Below, piece by piece: positions 38,265 to 50,986 of a DNA stretch of 64,000 bases (within the stretch, counting starts at the first letter, position 1; each line of letters begins with the position of its first letter). The DNA lies in assembly GCA_047495785.1 (NCBI GenBank), contig JBLDXI010000024.1:744001-808000 (forward strand), read 5' to 3'. Under the pieces are notes generated by a model, which was not told the origin of the DNA, searched no databases, and was given only the letters and a program-made list of their open reading frames with translations. A program made the translations under genes and the position numbers. The DNA comes from Lepidodermella squamata. Taxonomy: Eukaryota > Animalia > Gastrotricha.

Positions 38265-38550
38265 TAGAAAGGCTATTTTATTTTATTTTGATTTGCCAAA
38301 TTGTGATATACCTAATTTTTGAAAGAATAAAAGATTCTCCACGAAACTTATTAAGGAATATTTCTTTTCACTCCGTCATTCATTCATGCATTCATTCAGC
38401 TGAAAGCGCTGTCGAATAAAATATTTCTATTTCAAGTCGAAAGAATCCAGGGAAAATAAAGCCATCGGATAATCTGAAAGTATATATCATACATAATTAT
38501 TTATATAAAATGCGCGATTTTGCCAACCAATTTTTATATGGCGTGAGAAT

Positions 38551-39932
38551 ATGGAGCCAAGGTTAACCAAGTACAAAGGTAATAAAACTGCCAATATTCT
38601 GTAATTTTTCCGATATAACCAATTAATTTTCTAGCAACTTTAGCCGCTATTTGCATTTTCACGCTTATTGCAGCGACTTTTCAGCCACCAAAATTTCATG
38701 GCGTAACTGAGTTCGAATCAATAGATACGAATGAGACGTTATTGAATGGCTTCGTAAGCAATAAATCCAATGAGGAACATCGACCAAGTTACCCGGTAAT
38801 ACCGAGCAAAGTTCGCTCTGGATCTGACCAGGCGAAAAGGAAACCGGCAAATCAGACACCCGTCATCCTATTTTGGTCTGATATTCGTCCCGTTTCGCTG
38901 GACCGTTCCCTGCCTCGATCCTACTCATCGCAATTCTTGAATTGCTCTGCGAACTACCTTTCGCCCGATCGCCAGTGTTATTTCACGAATAACAAGAGTT
39001 ATCTAGCGCAAGCTCATGTTGTTTCGCTGCACTATCGCAATTGGAAAATCGACAAACCTCCGCCAAAGGTTGACCGCCCGCCCGGCCAGGTTTGGGTGTT
39101 CAACATTTGGGAAAGTCCTGATCACGTTTACAATTTCGACTGGAAAGCGAGTCGCAAGTACGACAGACTGCTGAAACAATGGTCGGATTTTTTCAACTGG
39201 ACAATGACTTATCGACTCGACTCAACTGTGCCATATGTTTACGGGCGATTCTGGCCTCGAAAGGCGCCGGATTACTCGCGAAATTACGACCGGTTGAAAA
39301 ATAAAACTAAAACAGCTGTTTGGATGTCAGGAAACTGCGATACAGCGTCTCATCGAGAGAAGTACATTCGAAAGATGGAAGAGGCGGGGATTTCTGTCGA
39401 CATAATCGGGCCGTGCAATTACAAAACGTTCTGGTCTGATTCCGAAAGAGCCATTTGCGAAAGGACGGACATTTTCAGCACGACGAATGAATGTCACGAT
39501 TTTATTAGTGAAAATTACAAATTCTATTTAGCCTTCGAGAATTCACTTTGCCGAGATTACGTCACTGAAAAGTTCTACAGAGCCGCCATGCTCGATGTCA
39601 TTCCCGTCGTCTATAATGGCGCCAATATGTCACTATTCGCGCCCCCTCATTCCTATATAGACGCAAAAGATTTCTTTCAACCAGGTGATTTGGCCAATTT
39701 TTTAAAAGACGTCGCGGCCGATCGCGACTTATATAATTCCTACTTCGCCTGGAAGCCCTACTACGACGTCGAACACACTTGGGAAGGCATGACTTATACC
39801 AAAAATCTATGCAAATTATGCTCGATAACTCATGACTACCTGTTGAATGAATTTGTGGACGATAAAAATTATACTGATATAGAAAATTGGTGGATGAACG
39901 AGGGCAAGTGCCATGATGGATTCAGCTCCTGA
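38551..39932 (+). CDS. Alpha-1,3-fucosyltransferase (GT10), tandem copy 2
   Basis: Exon 1 MEPRLTKYK spliced into a TM exon continuing into ORF 38742-39932; same GT10 motifs. Confidence 0.92.
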
Positions 39933-40049
39933 TTATTTTTTTCCAATAAAAGTATCGATTTTGGCACGCGTTTTCAAAGAAAAAATGAATTAAGGATCTT
40001 ACGGTCGTTAAATTGATTGAAAAATAATAGTCTAATATTTTTTACTCCG

Positions 40050-41589
40050 ATGCATCTGCAGAGCTTTAAAGGTAAAATTTCAGGCTGGCGTATTTCCCGA
40101 AAAATGTCCCGATTTTTCAGGTCCATTATTTGCGCTATTTATTCTTGTCGTATTCGTTTGCTCGGCCTTCATCGGCGTCATAGAATATGACATATTTTCC
40201 ATTAGGAAAGGAATTTACAAAGTCAGCGGCTTCCTCGAATTCAACCCACAGATCCACCTTAATGAAACGATCAGCTGTAACCAGACAGATCATGGATTTA
40301 ACAATACATGGCAATTTGTTGTCGATTTGCCGAATTATCCGATAATTGAAAGCGAGCAACGGTCATCTGGCGGAAATTTCACTCAGCTAGACCGAGTTCC
40401 TACAATTTTCTTTCAAAATTATTTCTATATGCCCGGGACACCTAAAGCCCTGCCTCGCAAGTTCTACACGGATGAATTGCAGTGCAGCCCTCATTACTTG
40501 AACCCTGGGGAGAAGTGCTTTTTTACCCACCAAGATAGTGCCATGGAAACGGCTGACGCTGTCATCTTACATTTTCGTCGAAAATGGAGGTATCATAATT
40601 CCCTTTAATAATGGATGTTTTGATTTCCCATTGTTTCCAGGTTTAAAATGCCGCCAAAATTTAATAGGAATCCTAACCAGCTATGGATTTTTCTCCTGTG
40701 GGAAAGTCCTGCGCATACATACCACTACAAATGGTGGTTGAACGGCAAAATGCCCCATCTCCTTCGAAAATGGCGCGATTTTTTCAATTGGACTATGACC
40801 TACCGCCTGGATTCCGACGTGTCCTATGCTTACGGGCGCTTCTGGCGCCGATCTGAGCCGGATTTCACTCGGCTCTACGACCGGCTTGGCAATAAAACCA
40901 AAGGCGCCATTTGGATTGCAAGTAATTTATTCTGATTTATCTTTGAGTTGAGCCTAATTTATTTGTTAGATCACTGCAATACCTCGTCTCATCGTGAAAC
41001 TTATATAAGAGCAATGCGAATGGCTGGTTTCGACGTGGAGGTGATCGGAAAATGCAAGGCCACGAAAAGCATTCTGGCTGATAAGTCCTACGGACGGCCC
41101 TGCCGCAGAAATCATTACCTCAGCACGGACGACAAATGCTACAAATTACTCAGCTCAACGTATAAGTTTTACCTGGCTTTCGAAAACTCGCTCTGCCGAG
41201 ATTATGTGACGGAGAAATTTTTCCAACCCGCCATGCTTGACCTGATACCAGTTGTCTTCAACGGAGCTAATATGTCGTTGATCGCGCCGCCTCGGTCCTA
41301 CATAGATGCGAGAGACTTCGCAAGCCCGAATGACCTTGCAGCCTACCTGACTAGAGTAGGATCCGATCCTAAGCTGTACAATTCTTATTTCGATTGGAAA
41401 CCTTACTACGACGTAGAGTTCACCTCGGAAGCTATGACTTTTACCCGTAATTTATGTAAACTTTGTTCGAGGTTGCACGAACACCTCCGAGAAAAAGACC
41501 CAGCTAAACGGCAAAAAATTTATCATAGTATGGAAGACTGGTGGATGTTTCAGGGCAAGTGTGAAGAAGGAAAAGTTGAATGGCCTTGA
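40050..41589 (+). CDS. Alpha-1,3-fucosyltransferase (GT10), tandem copy 3, 4 exons
   Basis: Exon 1 MHLQSFK, TM exon, WESP, FNWTMTYRLDS, YKFYLAFENSLCRDYVTEK; introns at ~40590-40640 and ~40922-40969. Confidence 0.9.
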
Positions 41590-41782
41590 AAATTTACCGT
41601 GTGTCCTTTCGACAAAAATAAAATAAAATACGAAGATGAACATCCGGTGACTTTTTTGTGTCGAGCTATGAGGTACTTAAGTAACACGTTTCCAACACCT
41701 GATACCAAGTTTGTTTCTTTACCTTTGAATTGTTGGCTCTCTCCACTGGAAATCTTGAATGAATTGAACCTTTCACTCGAAA

Positions 41783-44177
41783 ATGAAATTCATCCTGGCG
41801 ATATTATCAATCCTTAGCTGGAATTTCGGTAGGATTTTAGGTCAATTTAATTTATTTTCAAGATTTTTCGATATCTTATTGTAGGCTTGACATTGCCCCA
41901 ATGTCGAACAGCTCGGCTCGTGGTTGATTTGTTAGGAGAAAATTCTGGGTCGGTATCGAACGACAAAGACGATAGCGGCAATTACCTCCCGAACGAAAAT
42001 TGCCTTTGGGTGTTTTCGATCGGCGACTATGAAGAGTTGGTGCTTTGGTTTTCGAAGTTTGACATCGAAACCTCAAGTAATCTTAACGAATCATTCGTAC
42101 ATTTACTTTGTAATATTAACAACTCTGGCAGGTGGATGTTGGAAGGACTTTGTAGAAATTATCGAAAATTTGAACCAAACCAATTCTTTGACTCGGCGGC
42201 TTTGTTCGAATGAAACAGCACTTGGCAGAAATTTTACGACCTCTCAGAACGATGTTTCAGTTATTTTTAAAACAAACGACCGTATTCAGGGGAAAGGTTT
42301 CAAACTGAACTGGAGTCGGACAATAAGGCAAACAAATTCAACAACTCTTCAGCCACCAGGTAAGTTCGCCTTTCTCGAACGAAAATAAAATAAAAATTGT
42401 AATTTTCAGCTTTAGACGATGATATCGAGAATGCAGCTGAAAGTGAATCGCCACCATGTCGAGAAACCAGGAAGCTTTTAATTGGTCGCAATGAGGGAGA
42501 ACAGAGTGGGTTCATTCAAAGTGAACACTTCGAAACCGGACATTACCTTGAAAATCAAAAGTGTGGTTGGCTTCTGACCGCTCCTTTTGGCTATCGCATC
42601 GCTTTACAGGTTCTCGACGTTGATTTGGAACGAGTTTGCAATGGTTTGGTTTGGTTATCTGATTTGGTTTTCTAAATTTTTAGCTTATCTTTAAAGACTG
42701 GGTCGTTATTCACGATGGTGAATTCGAAACTTCGCCACTGCTTTCGAAAGTTTGTAACGATTCATCGAAAAATCTCGTTTTCGAAACAACTGGAAATGTT
42801 GCATTGATACTGTTTGTTACCGATTCTTCGATCAACGGTCGCGGTTTTAAGATTGCTTGGAAGCTTATCGCAGCCACTACACCAGCCGCGCCAACCAGGC
42901 GACACAGGAGACCACATCGGCAAACAACTACTCCTTCCAATCAATTTTATTCAAAGAAATCAACAACTGTATCACTGAAGTCGTATTATTTAACCACTAG
43001 ACCGCCGACTACCACCGAATTTTTCGTGCCGAATTTTGGGTTCAATGACGTATGGAACTCGCCGACGACTACGCCATCAGGATATGAAGAATTTCAAAAG
43101 AGCCTGCAAAATTTGTTCGACACATTGAACAACTGGCGATGCGCAACAAGTCGTCTGATTAATGCCGATCTAACAATTCACGAGGGCTTGATTGAAAACG
43201 ATAAGGACACGGATGGAAATTACTACAACAACGATAACTGCACTTGGCTAATTTCCATCCCACCCGGCCATATCGCGAGGTAATATTTTCAAAAAACCTT
43301 GACCTTTTTTACTTGTTTATTTGCGAGTTTTAGGTTCAATTTTCAGCAGGTTGCGACGAGCAGCTGCTCAGGTGTGGTAGAACTTGATATCGCTTGATCC
43401 CTTATTCGAAATGATTAATTTTAGACTATGTGGCTATTCATGATGGCCCGTCAATATCTGACCCCCTGTTGACAAAACAGTGCATGATTAGTGGTCCGAG
43501 CTCACAAGACTACAACACGAGCCCTCACACTCGTTATGCCTTGGTTCATTTTCACACCGACTCTACGATTCAGAATCTTGGTTTTAAATTACGTTGGGAA
43601 CTGGAGCCAGCAGAGCCATCTGAAGATGTCAGCGCGGGTAATTGCCTTGCAAAAATAGACAAAAAATAGCTAAAATCACTGGTTTTTTCGCAGATCGAAG
43701 CGAAGATTCAAACAAATGCCGCGAAACGGAACATGTCACGGCCGATGGTTACATAGTCAACAGCGGTTCCATCGAGAGCGAGGACAAGTACGGCAATGGG
43801 CAGTACGCCAGCAATGAGAATTCATGCTGGCTAATAACCGGCCCGCATCGCTCTACAATTCAGTTTTTCTTCAAAGAAATTCAGCTGGAAAATAGCGGTA
43901 AAATTGTGGCTAAAATTCGAAAAAATTCGAAAATGTTACATCTTTATTAGACGATTGCCGCAATGATTACGTTGTAATTTACGATGGCCCAACTGTTGAA
44001 AGTCCAGTTCTCACCCGGCAATGCAACGCCGCCGGGTTTTGGTCTACGTTTTACACCACTGGTAACATAGCCCTGGTTCAATTCCGATCTGACGGCTCGA
44101 ACGAAGCGAGCGGCTTCAAAGTCGAATGGCAGGTTCATCTTCAGCCTCAAATGCATCCTTGGATGATTGGAAAATGA
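41783..44177 (+). CDS. Secreted protein with four CUB domains and a Thr-rich linker
   Basis: Signal peptide MKFILAILSILSWNFG; four repeats of Y..NENC.W / D.V.I.DG / F.TD...GF...W across ~9 exons; no TM segment before the TGA at 44175-44177. Confidence 0.85.
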
Positions 44178-44278
44178 TAATTTTGTTGTTGACTCGAAAA
44201 TAAAACTTGACACATCTCGAAATTCATGTTTTATTTTATAACCATAACGCCATTAGTCATCAACAAAAATATAATTTT

Positions 44279-46048
44279 CTAAATGAATAACAAGGCAGAA
44301 CGTTTAAGGAGGTAAACTACTGGATTCAGTCCTCCGTGATGAATAGTGAAAGAACGATAAGGTTTGATCCAGTAACTAGGGTACTGTTTCTTTTCGACGT
44401 TTTCTTCCGATTCTTCCGGTTTCGAATCTTCCGTGTCTGGAATCGGATCATTCTCCTGGGTCTTGACTCGCTGCCAAATTGCGTTTTTCATGTTTTTCAA
44501 ATCGCCTGAGAGCAGACAAGCTCGGCCTGTTGATGGAGATAGGACGCGAGCGAATTCCTTGAGAACTGCCGGGTACAGCCATTTATTCACCTGCTTGTTA
44601 CCGCATCGCTTCCCGAACGGCATGTCAGCTATTATCACATCAACGCTGCCAGTTCTGAACGGCAACTTACAGCAGTTGAGGGCCAGGCCGTCGCCGCCGA
44701 GTACCGCCCGGCTCGATAGCGCGGCTTTTTCGATGCTAGGCTTGGCTTTCGATTGCACGACAATTTCGCTCAAATCCGCTGCGATGTGAAAAGCGACGGG
44801 GCCGAATTCGGATAGCATTGATTCCACTACGACCGCCCCAGATCCGCACATAGGGTCGAGGACTACGTCACCAAGTTGCACACCACAAAGCCTGAAAATG
44901 AAAAAAACGGGCAAATTATGACAATTTTATAAAAGATTATAATTTTGAGTACCCTAAAATTTCCCGATTTTTTCAAATTTCGAATTTTCCCTAAATTTTA
45001 AATTTTAAATCAATTTAAAATTTAATTTAAATAATTAATTAATTTAATTAATATTTTAATTTTAATTTGAAATTTTCAAAGAAGCAATTTTTTTGCTCGA
45101 TTGAAATTTTCATTTAGCTACCGGTTTTGGGAAATTTATTGCTGGAACCCTAGATTTAGGGACACAACCAAGTATTAAGGTGGATTATTCATTTTACCTG
45201 AGCATATTATACGAGATCGTCGATCGTAGTGACATATTGCCAAGTTTTTGAATATCATTACGCCGATGCATGCTTTTCGAGGTGAGTGATAGGCAGTACG
45301 ACACCATGTTATCGCGAACAATTATAAAAACTTCCATATCGAAGTTGGTCAAATTAACGTTCCAACCGAAACCGTCGTGAATCAGCCCGCCGACCTCCAT
45401 AGCGACCTCACGAGACGTGAATGAATGACAGTCGCCAGCGCGGATGCTTGTGGCTCGGAAGGAAAACGGTACATCAGCACTTCTAGGTTTCCGCTTCGAT
45501 TTCTGAGGCGTGGGGACTTCGATATTTTCGCCATTATTTGCGGCTTTTTTCTCCTTTTCAAGTCTGTCTTTCAACATCAAGTCGTCCAAGCTTTGCAGCA
45601 AAATGTCCCAAGATGATAACAGCTGTTTGCCTTGCACGTCGCGTAAACAATCGCCGCTAAACCCGGTAAATTCGCGCCAAAATTCAATTCCAGACTGCCA
45701 GTTAACATCAACCATGCCTTCTAAAATCGGCAACAAGCCTGATTTCATGTCTTTCTTAGCGGCAAAGTCAACATCGATTGTTCCGAAAACAACGTACAAG
45801 TTGTCCACGGATCTGAGAGATTTCAGCTAAAAATACAAACTCGTTTATATCTGAATCTGAATGCAAATTTTTGAACGAACCAAGTTGATTTGTTCTGAGC
45901 TAGGCAAACCATTGGGGAGATGAAACCTAATATGGCCACGGGTCGACGATGTGTCTGTGATGCCGGGAATCTTTTCAGCAATTTCCTCGAGAGAAGTCCG
46001 TTCAAAACCACTCGGTACAGTAGCTTCAATCACAGTTGCTTTAGCCAT
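44279..46048 (-). CDS. THUMPD3: tRNA m2G methyltransferase THUMPD3-like, 3 exons
   Basis: ATVPSGFE, LRSVDNLYV, FRATSIRAG..HSFTS.E, FGWNVNL.NFDMEV, LDPMCGSG, VDVIIADMPFGKR. Confidence 0.9.
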
Positions 46049-46151
46049 AATTATCTAAAAAAATAATTTTCGCACTGATGAAATACGCGCTTTATTTTTT
46101 ATGTCATTTCTCAATCAAAACAAGTCGATTTTAAAAGACTAAATAAGATGG

Positions 46152-47428
46152 TTATTTTCTTCTTGGTTTCTTATGACGCTTCGACGACTTCGACTTGGAC
46201 GATTTTTGCTTCCGCTTCATTTTCTTCTGTTGCTTTTTCATTCGTTTCCCACCAAATCCTACCGTCGGCATTTCAGAACCATCGTTAGTCGCATACACCC
46301 GTAAATCGTCATCATCGGCGTCATCACGCCCGTATAATAGCATTTTATCAACAGTTCCGGATGTTGGAAGACTTCTCTTGGCTTTTGCAGTAGGAAGGCG
46401 AATAAAATTGTCTTCCTCGAATCTAAAAGTAATATCCAAAAATCGATTGTAAAAAATCCTTCTTAACAATTTATCGAACCTTTGTCTGTGTCGATCTTCG
46501 GCTTGAGTACGTCTCTTTTCCGCAGCAGTTAGGAAACCCATGCCTTCCTCCTTGATTCGAAATGAAATTTTAGAAAAGAAAACAAATTATTTTGATGCTC
46601 TAATACCTCATTGGTGATTTCTTCTGGTTCATCGCCATCGGCCCTTGCCAATAATTCCCGCATCATTAAACGATGCTCCGCTGAAGTTTTGGTCTTGTCA
46701 CGACGATTCGCACCCGCAGCTGATTGTTCCCAATTCGGGTCGTAATAAGCTGCAGAAAGTTGAGGTGGTTTGTATTTCCTAACTTTGCCCTCCTCTTTCT
46801 CAGCGCCTTCCTCCTCACTTCCATCCTGCTGATCTGCGTCATCTCCAGCCTCGGCATCCTCGTCATCATCGTCCAATACCATGTTTTCCGGCCGGGCACG
46901 TAGAGATGAGCTACTTTCGCCATTTCCTTTGAATTGGAAGTTCTTCTCCTGCGCGGCTTGGCGAACTAACCGATCGACAAAGCTCTTTAATTTAGCTTCG
47001 ATCGGTCGAATCCGCTCCAGAATCACTCGGAGCTCGACCAGACGTTCAATCACGCTCTCTGAACTTTTATCAATTTTTTCTTGTGGCTTGGACGATACGA
47101 AAGGTGCGAGCTTATTTTTCACTATCACCATCATATTTTTCAAATAATCAGCCATTAAAAGATTTTTCAGGCCAAGTAAGGTCATCCCTCCAGCTGGGAC
47201 ATCAGTTTCCAGTCCATCGATAATTGACTCAGACGAATCCAGAAGAGCAGCCCTGATGCTTTTGAAAAGCTCAAGTAAATTCTCCTCGCTCATCTCCTCT
47301 TGAGCAATGTTATTACTTTCAGTCGTTTCGGTTTCATTCAGCAGCCTGGATTCCCCGTCATTTGTTGATTCATCTCTTTTAGATTTTTCAACAATCTTTG
47401 TACCACGGAATAGCTCCAAGCCATCCAT
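46152..47428 (-). CDS. NGDN: Neuroguidin / Lcp5 (SSU processome), 3 exons
   Basis: GMTLLGLKNLLMADYL, RLVELRVILERIRPIE.KL, ARPEN, KYKPP.L, PEEI, FEEDNFIRLP, basic C-terminus. Confidence 0.9.
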
Positions 47429-47477
47429 TTTAAAAAATACAATAATAACTCTAGAATATAACCAAAGTTTCATTTTC

Positions 47478-48258
47478 TCATTGTTGAAGACCGTCAAGAA
47501 AAGATTTCAAAACTGATCCTCCTGCTTTTGCCTGCAACTCTTGTTGCAGCTTATTTCGACGCTTTTCAGCGGATTTTTGCAACAAGGAAGGACCGCTTAC
47601 ACTTTTCAATGGAGGTGTGACATTTTTTGCTTGCTTTTGTTTAGCGTCAGTGATATTCACTTTCTTTGGAGTCGGTTTAGCCCTCATCACTGACCGCTTA
47701 TCGACATTTGATTTCTGCAACGGAAATTGCGCAGCTGCTTTCGATCCGCAATTGGCACAGGGAATGTTCTAGGGTGACAAATAATTAAGAAATGATATTT
47801 TCGATGTTTTAAGCTTACCAGCGAGGCAGCGCTCTTTTTGAATAATTTCAAACGCCTTCTTTCGGGTCGCGACAGCCGTTGACCTCTATTCAAGCGCGTT
47901 AAAAGCCTATTTATATCTGATGATTGGCGATAGCGACGGCGTATTCGGGCGTTCAGGATACTGGCTGAGGAACGCTTTTCAAAGCATGTCTTGCAGAAGT
48001 GAATCCCAAGTAGCTCGAATTTTTCAGCCGAATCAGAGGGAAGATCTGCATTTTTATGAACCAGGGCTTGTCTAAAAAGTCGCAAACATGAACATAAATT
48101 TAATTAATGGCTGGATGATCGACTTACTCAAATATTGCGGCTGTAAGTGCGTCTTGTTGCTCGATAGCTTTGGCCAAAGCCGCTTTGTGAAACGCTTCAA
48201 TTGACAGTATAGGCTTATGTGGCATGTCATTGCCAAGGTTCACAGACCTGTGCTCCAT
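47478..48258 (-). CDS. C18orf21: C18orf21/RMP24-like Rpr2/Rpp21/SNM1-family zinc-ribbon protein (RNase MRP subunit), 3 exons
   Basis: Spliced product FCKTCF...ARIRRR.R....INRLL.R......LS..E....KLFKKS.ASLNIPCANCG with C-terminal LKSFLDGL parallels, from memory, human C18orf21 (CPYCF..RVRLK..IQKLL..LSFKE..KFKDS..LLITCKTC; FRNFLSSL). Confidence 0.7.
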
Positions 48259-48678
48259 TTATAAATAATATCTGAAAATTATTACAATTATTCATATTAT
48301 TATTCCTGGTGATAACGTTAAACTGCTAGCATAAGCGGTTAAAATTCGCCCAGAGGTCCCATGCACACATCACAAGCGATACAATCACGAAAGACATCGC
48401 TGATTGATGATCGGCAGTAGTGAGGACGAGTACACATTATTGCGGACGTACCATATTTGATGGATAAATGCACTTTCGAATATCCAATACATTGAAGTAC
48501 TGCATAAGCTTGAACATGACAGGAGGTGAGAGGATGTTAGAGAACGATCGTTTCTGTCACCATGAATGGCGTATCACTGAAAATAGTCAAGTCAGATTTT
48601 TACTTGGGCATGCCACTTTCTCACGATCTTAGTTGGTTCGAAGCAATTGATAAAGCTCTCACTCGTGGTAATAATTTT

Positions 48679-49187
48679 CATAGATAAATAAAAAAGAGAT
48701 CTGACACGCTAGTACATTTGTGTGTGCCGAAATGATTCATCAAGAGTTTTTGCTTTTTAGGTCGCGTGACCTGTAAATCACTTGTCGACATCACTATAAA
48801 AAATACGGCAAAATCTACGCAAGTGACAAGTGATTTCGGGTGGCTACTCAATCTCGTGGTATTCCCTAAATGTGGAACTCAATTTATCTCAAAACACACC
48901 CCCTTCGATTTTCTCGAGAAAAATAGAGCATGTAGATCTCACCTTCAACTCAACGCTTGTCAAACCGTAATTTCCGGTCAGGGAACGGTTTTGGCTAGAA
49001 AAATTCTGAAAGAAGCGCGTTTCCACACAGTGATTGTTATTGCTTTTTAGAGCTTTGTGCAAAAAATCGCCTGATGAATCACGGTGTCATCTGCAATAAT
49101 TATGATTCACGCCACCAAAAAAACTAGCAATCAGCCCCGTAGATTTTGCGGTAAGCGTGTCAGATCTCTCTTTTTTATTTATCTATG
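48679..49187. mobile_element. Non-autonomous TIR element, P-element-like ends, inserted in the LINE relic
   Basis: TIR CATAGATAAATAAAAAAGAGA(GA)TCTGACACGCT at both ends; imperfect 7-bp TSD TAATTTT/CAATTCT; removing it restores the LINE frame RGNN(S/F)YNA. Confidence 0.8.
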
Positions 49188-49917
49188 CAATTCTTACAAT
49201 GCACTATCTTTTCATAGAATCAAGCTTAGTGTCATCGATCGTAACAAATTGGACACTTTATTCTACGGTAAAATCGAAGCAGTCATGCTCGCCGGGTCGG
49301 AGCTCTGGGGACTCTTTGCGCCCTCACGGGTCGCCAAACTCGATGGTGTGGGCTATAAATACTACAATAGAGCTCGTAATATCCCTTTCACCGCCTCGAA
49401 CCTGTCAACAGGTTTCACGTTAGGCATCATCCCGACAAGTCTGAAGGCCAAGCTAAATGCGGCCAAATTCGTCTATGAATTAACCAAGTGTGAAAACCAG
49501 CTAATACAGGATGCTTTTTCTTTTTAATGGCATTCTCGCCTAAACTTGGCGTACTTAATCCGATCTTGGCAACAAAAAAACTTCCTCATCTCCTACAACA
49601 TAGAACCTGACTTCTGCTTTCTTCGAGACTCGGCCATATTTGCTAAAGTAGAACAACACATACAAGACTGCTTTAAAACTGATTTATCTATTAAATGTTA
49701 TTCTAGGTACGATAATATATATCCATTAGCGACTGCATCTGAGTTTGGTATTGCTAAACGCTTCGAGGCTCTACCTTGTGATCTCCGATCAACAGCTATG
49801 CAACTTCTTACAAATAGTTTTGTTCTTAACCTAGAACATTTCATCTTCAATGTGAAAGACACAGTATGTAAATTATGTAAGGAAACGGTTATTTTTCGCC
49901 TCATGGCAAACCACCTA

Positions 49918-50097
49918 CAGGGTGGCCAAAAAATTCCGCAGAAAACGAATTCGATGCTCATCAATTTAATGAGGAGTTTCAAGAAATTGAGGAGTTCCAT
50001 TGGCAAAAGAATGCTTGAAATTTTTTAACTTCTTACAACTCCTCATTAAATTGATGCGCACCGAATTCGCCTTCTGCGGAATTTTTTGGCCACCCTG
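49918..50097. mobile_element. 180-bp Tc1/mariner-type MITE inserted in the LINE relic
   Basis: ~60-bp TIRs starting CAGGGTGGCCAAAAAATTCCGCAGAA; TA on the left, CA (mutated TA) on the right; excision restores the LINE frame ANHLYHFC. Confidence 0.88.
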
Positions 50098-50986
50098 CAT
50101 ATCATTTTTGCATAGGTGTCACTAGTCATGACCCTGTCAGCATTTTTAGTAATAATCAGAGCACTTTCAAAAATACCCTTATTTTTTTAAACGCCTAGCC
50201 TTACATGTATCTAGAGCCACAACTATTGTCTAAGGATAGGCAAATTGCCTTCGACACTAGGGCTTTTCTCTGCCCAATGATTGAATTTGCTTCCCTGGGG
50301 ACCCAGTATGAGGGCAGGCAGAGAGGATGTTAGAGATGAATGACATGAGGAGGATGTTAGAAGATCGTCATCTTTTTATCTTTAGGGAAGAGAGAAAGGA
50401 CGGAACACGGGCCCTTACAGCATCCCCTTTGCAAGTATCTATTTTGAAGGCTCGAGATCACTAAATCATGCATGCATTCTGAAGTCTCGGCAAGATGGGG
50501 ACATAGTTTGAAAACCAGCCAACAGAAGAATCGAGCACGTGCTCTTCCTAACTTTTCAAATTTTATTAGCGCCAAGTTTTCACGTAATTAAGGCGAAACT
50601 GATAATAATCGTGATGTAAAACAATTAAAGTTCTAATACATAAAATTGATTTTTGAATTTTTGAATTTTTAGCGCGCATCGCAGCGTGGAGCGTACCTGG
50701 TTACATTCGGTGCTTTCCATCCGGTGACAGCTGAGTACACGCACTGGTAATGGAGGATGGCGTTTGGACCTGGCGGATCCAATACGTGTCGTAAACATAT
50801 GCAATTCTTTCGCTTTTTAAGATTTTTTGAGCTTTTAATAGATGAAATTGCTTTGTAACCTTTTACAGACGATCCTTATTTCTCTGCCCATCTCTTTGAT
50901 CAAACTCCGATCAAATCGATTGACTTTCATTCCATTTATTAGAAATAAAGTTTATAGTACACTCTACATTTATTCATAAACTTTAT

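Larger units (their letters stand above)
48544..50320 (+). mobile_element. Older, heavily 5'-truncated copy of the same LINE family, interrupted by two DNA elements
   Basis: Translates MNGVSLKIVKSDFYLG..DLSWFEAI..ALTRGN...MLAGSELWGLFAPSRVAKLD...HDP...KNTLIF, collinear with the 12099-15044 ORF but with a stop and a frameshift; 16-bp TSD GAGAGGATGTTAGAGA at 48528-48543 and 50321-50336. Confidence 0.9.
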
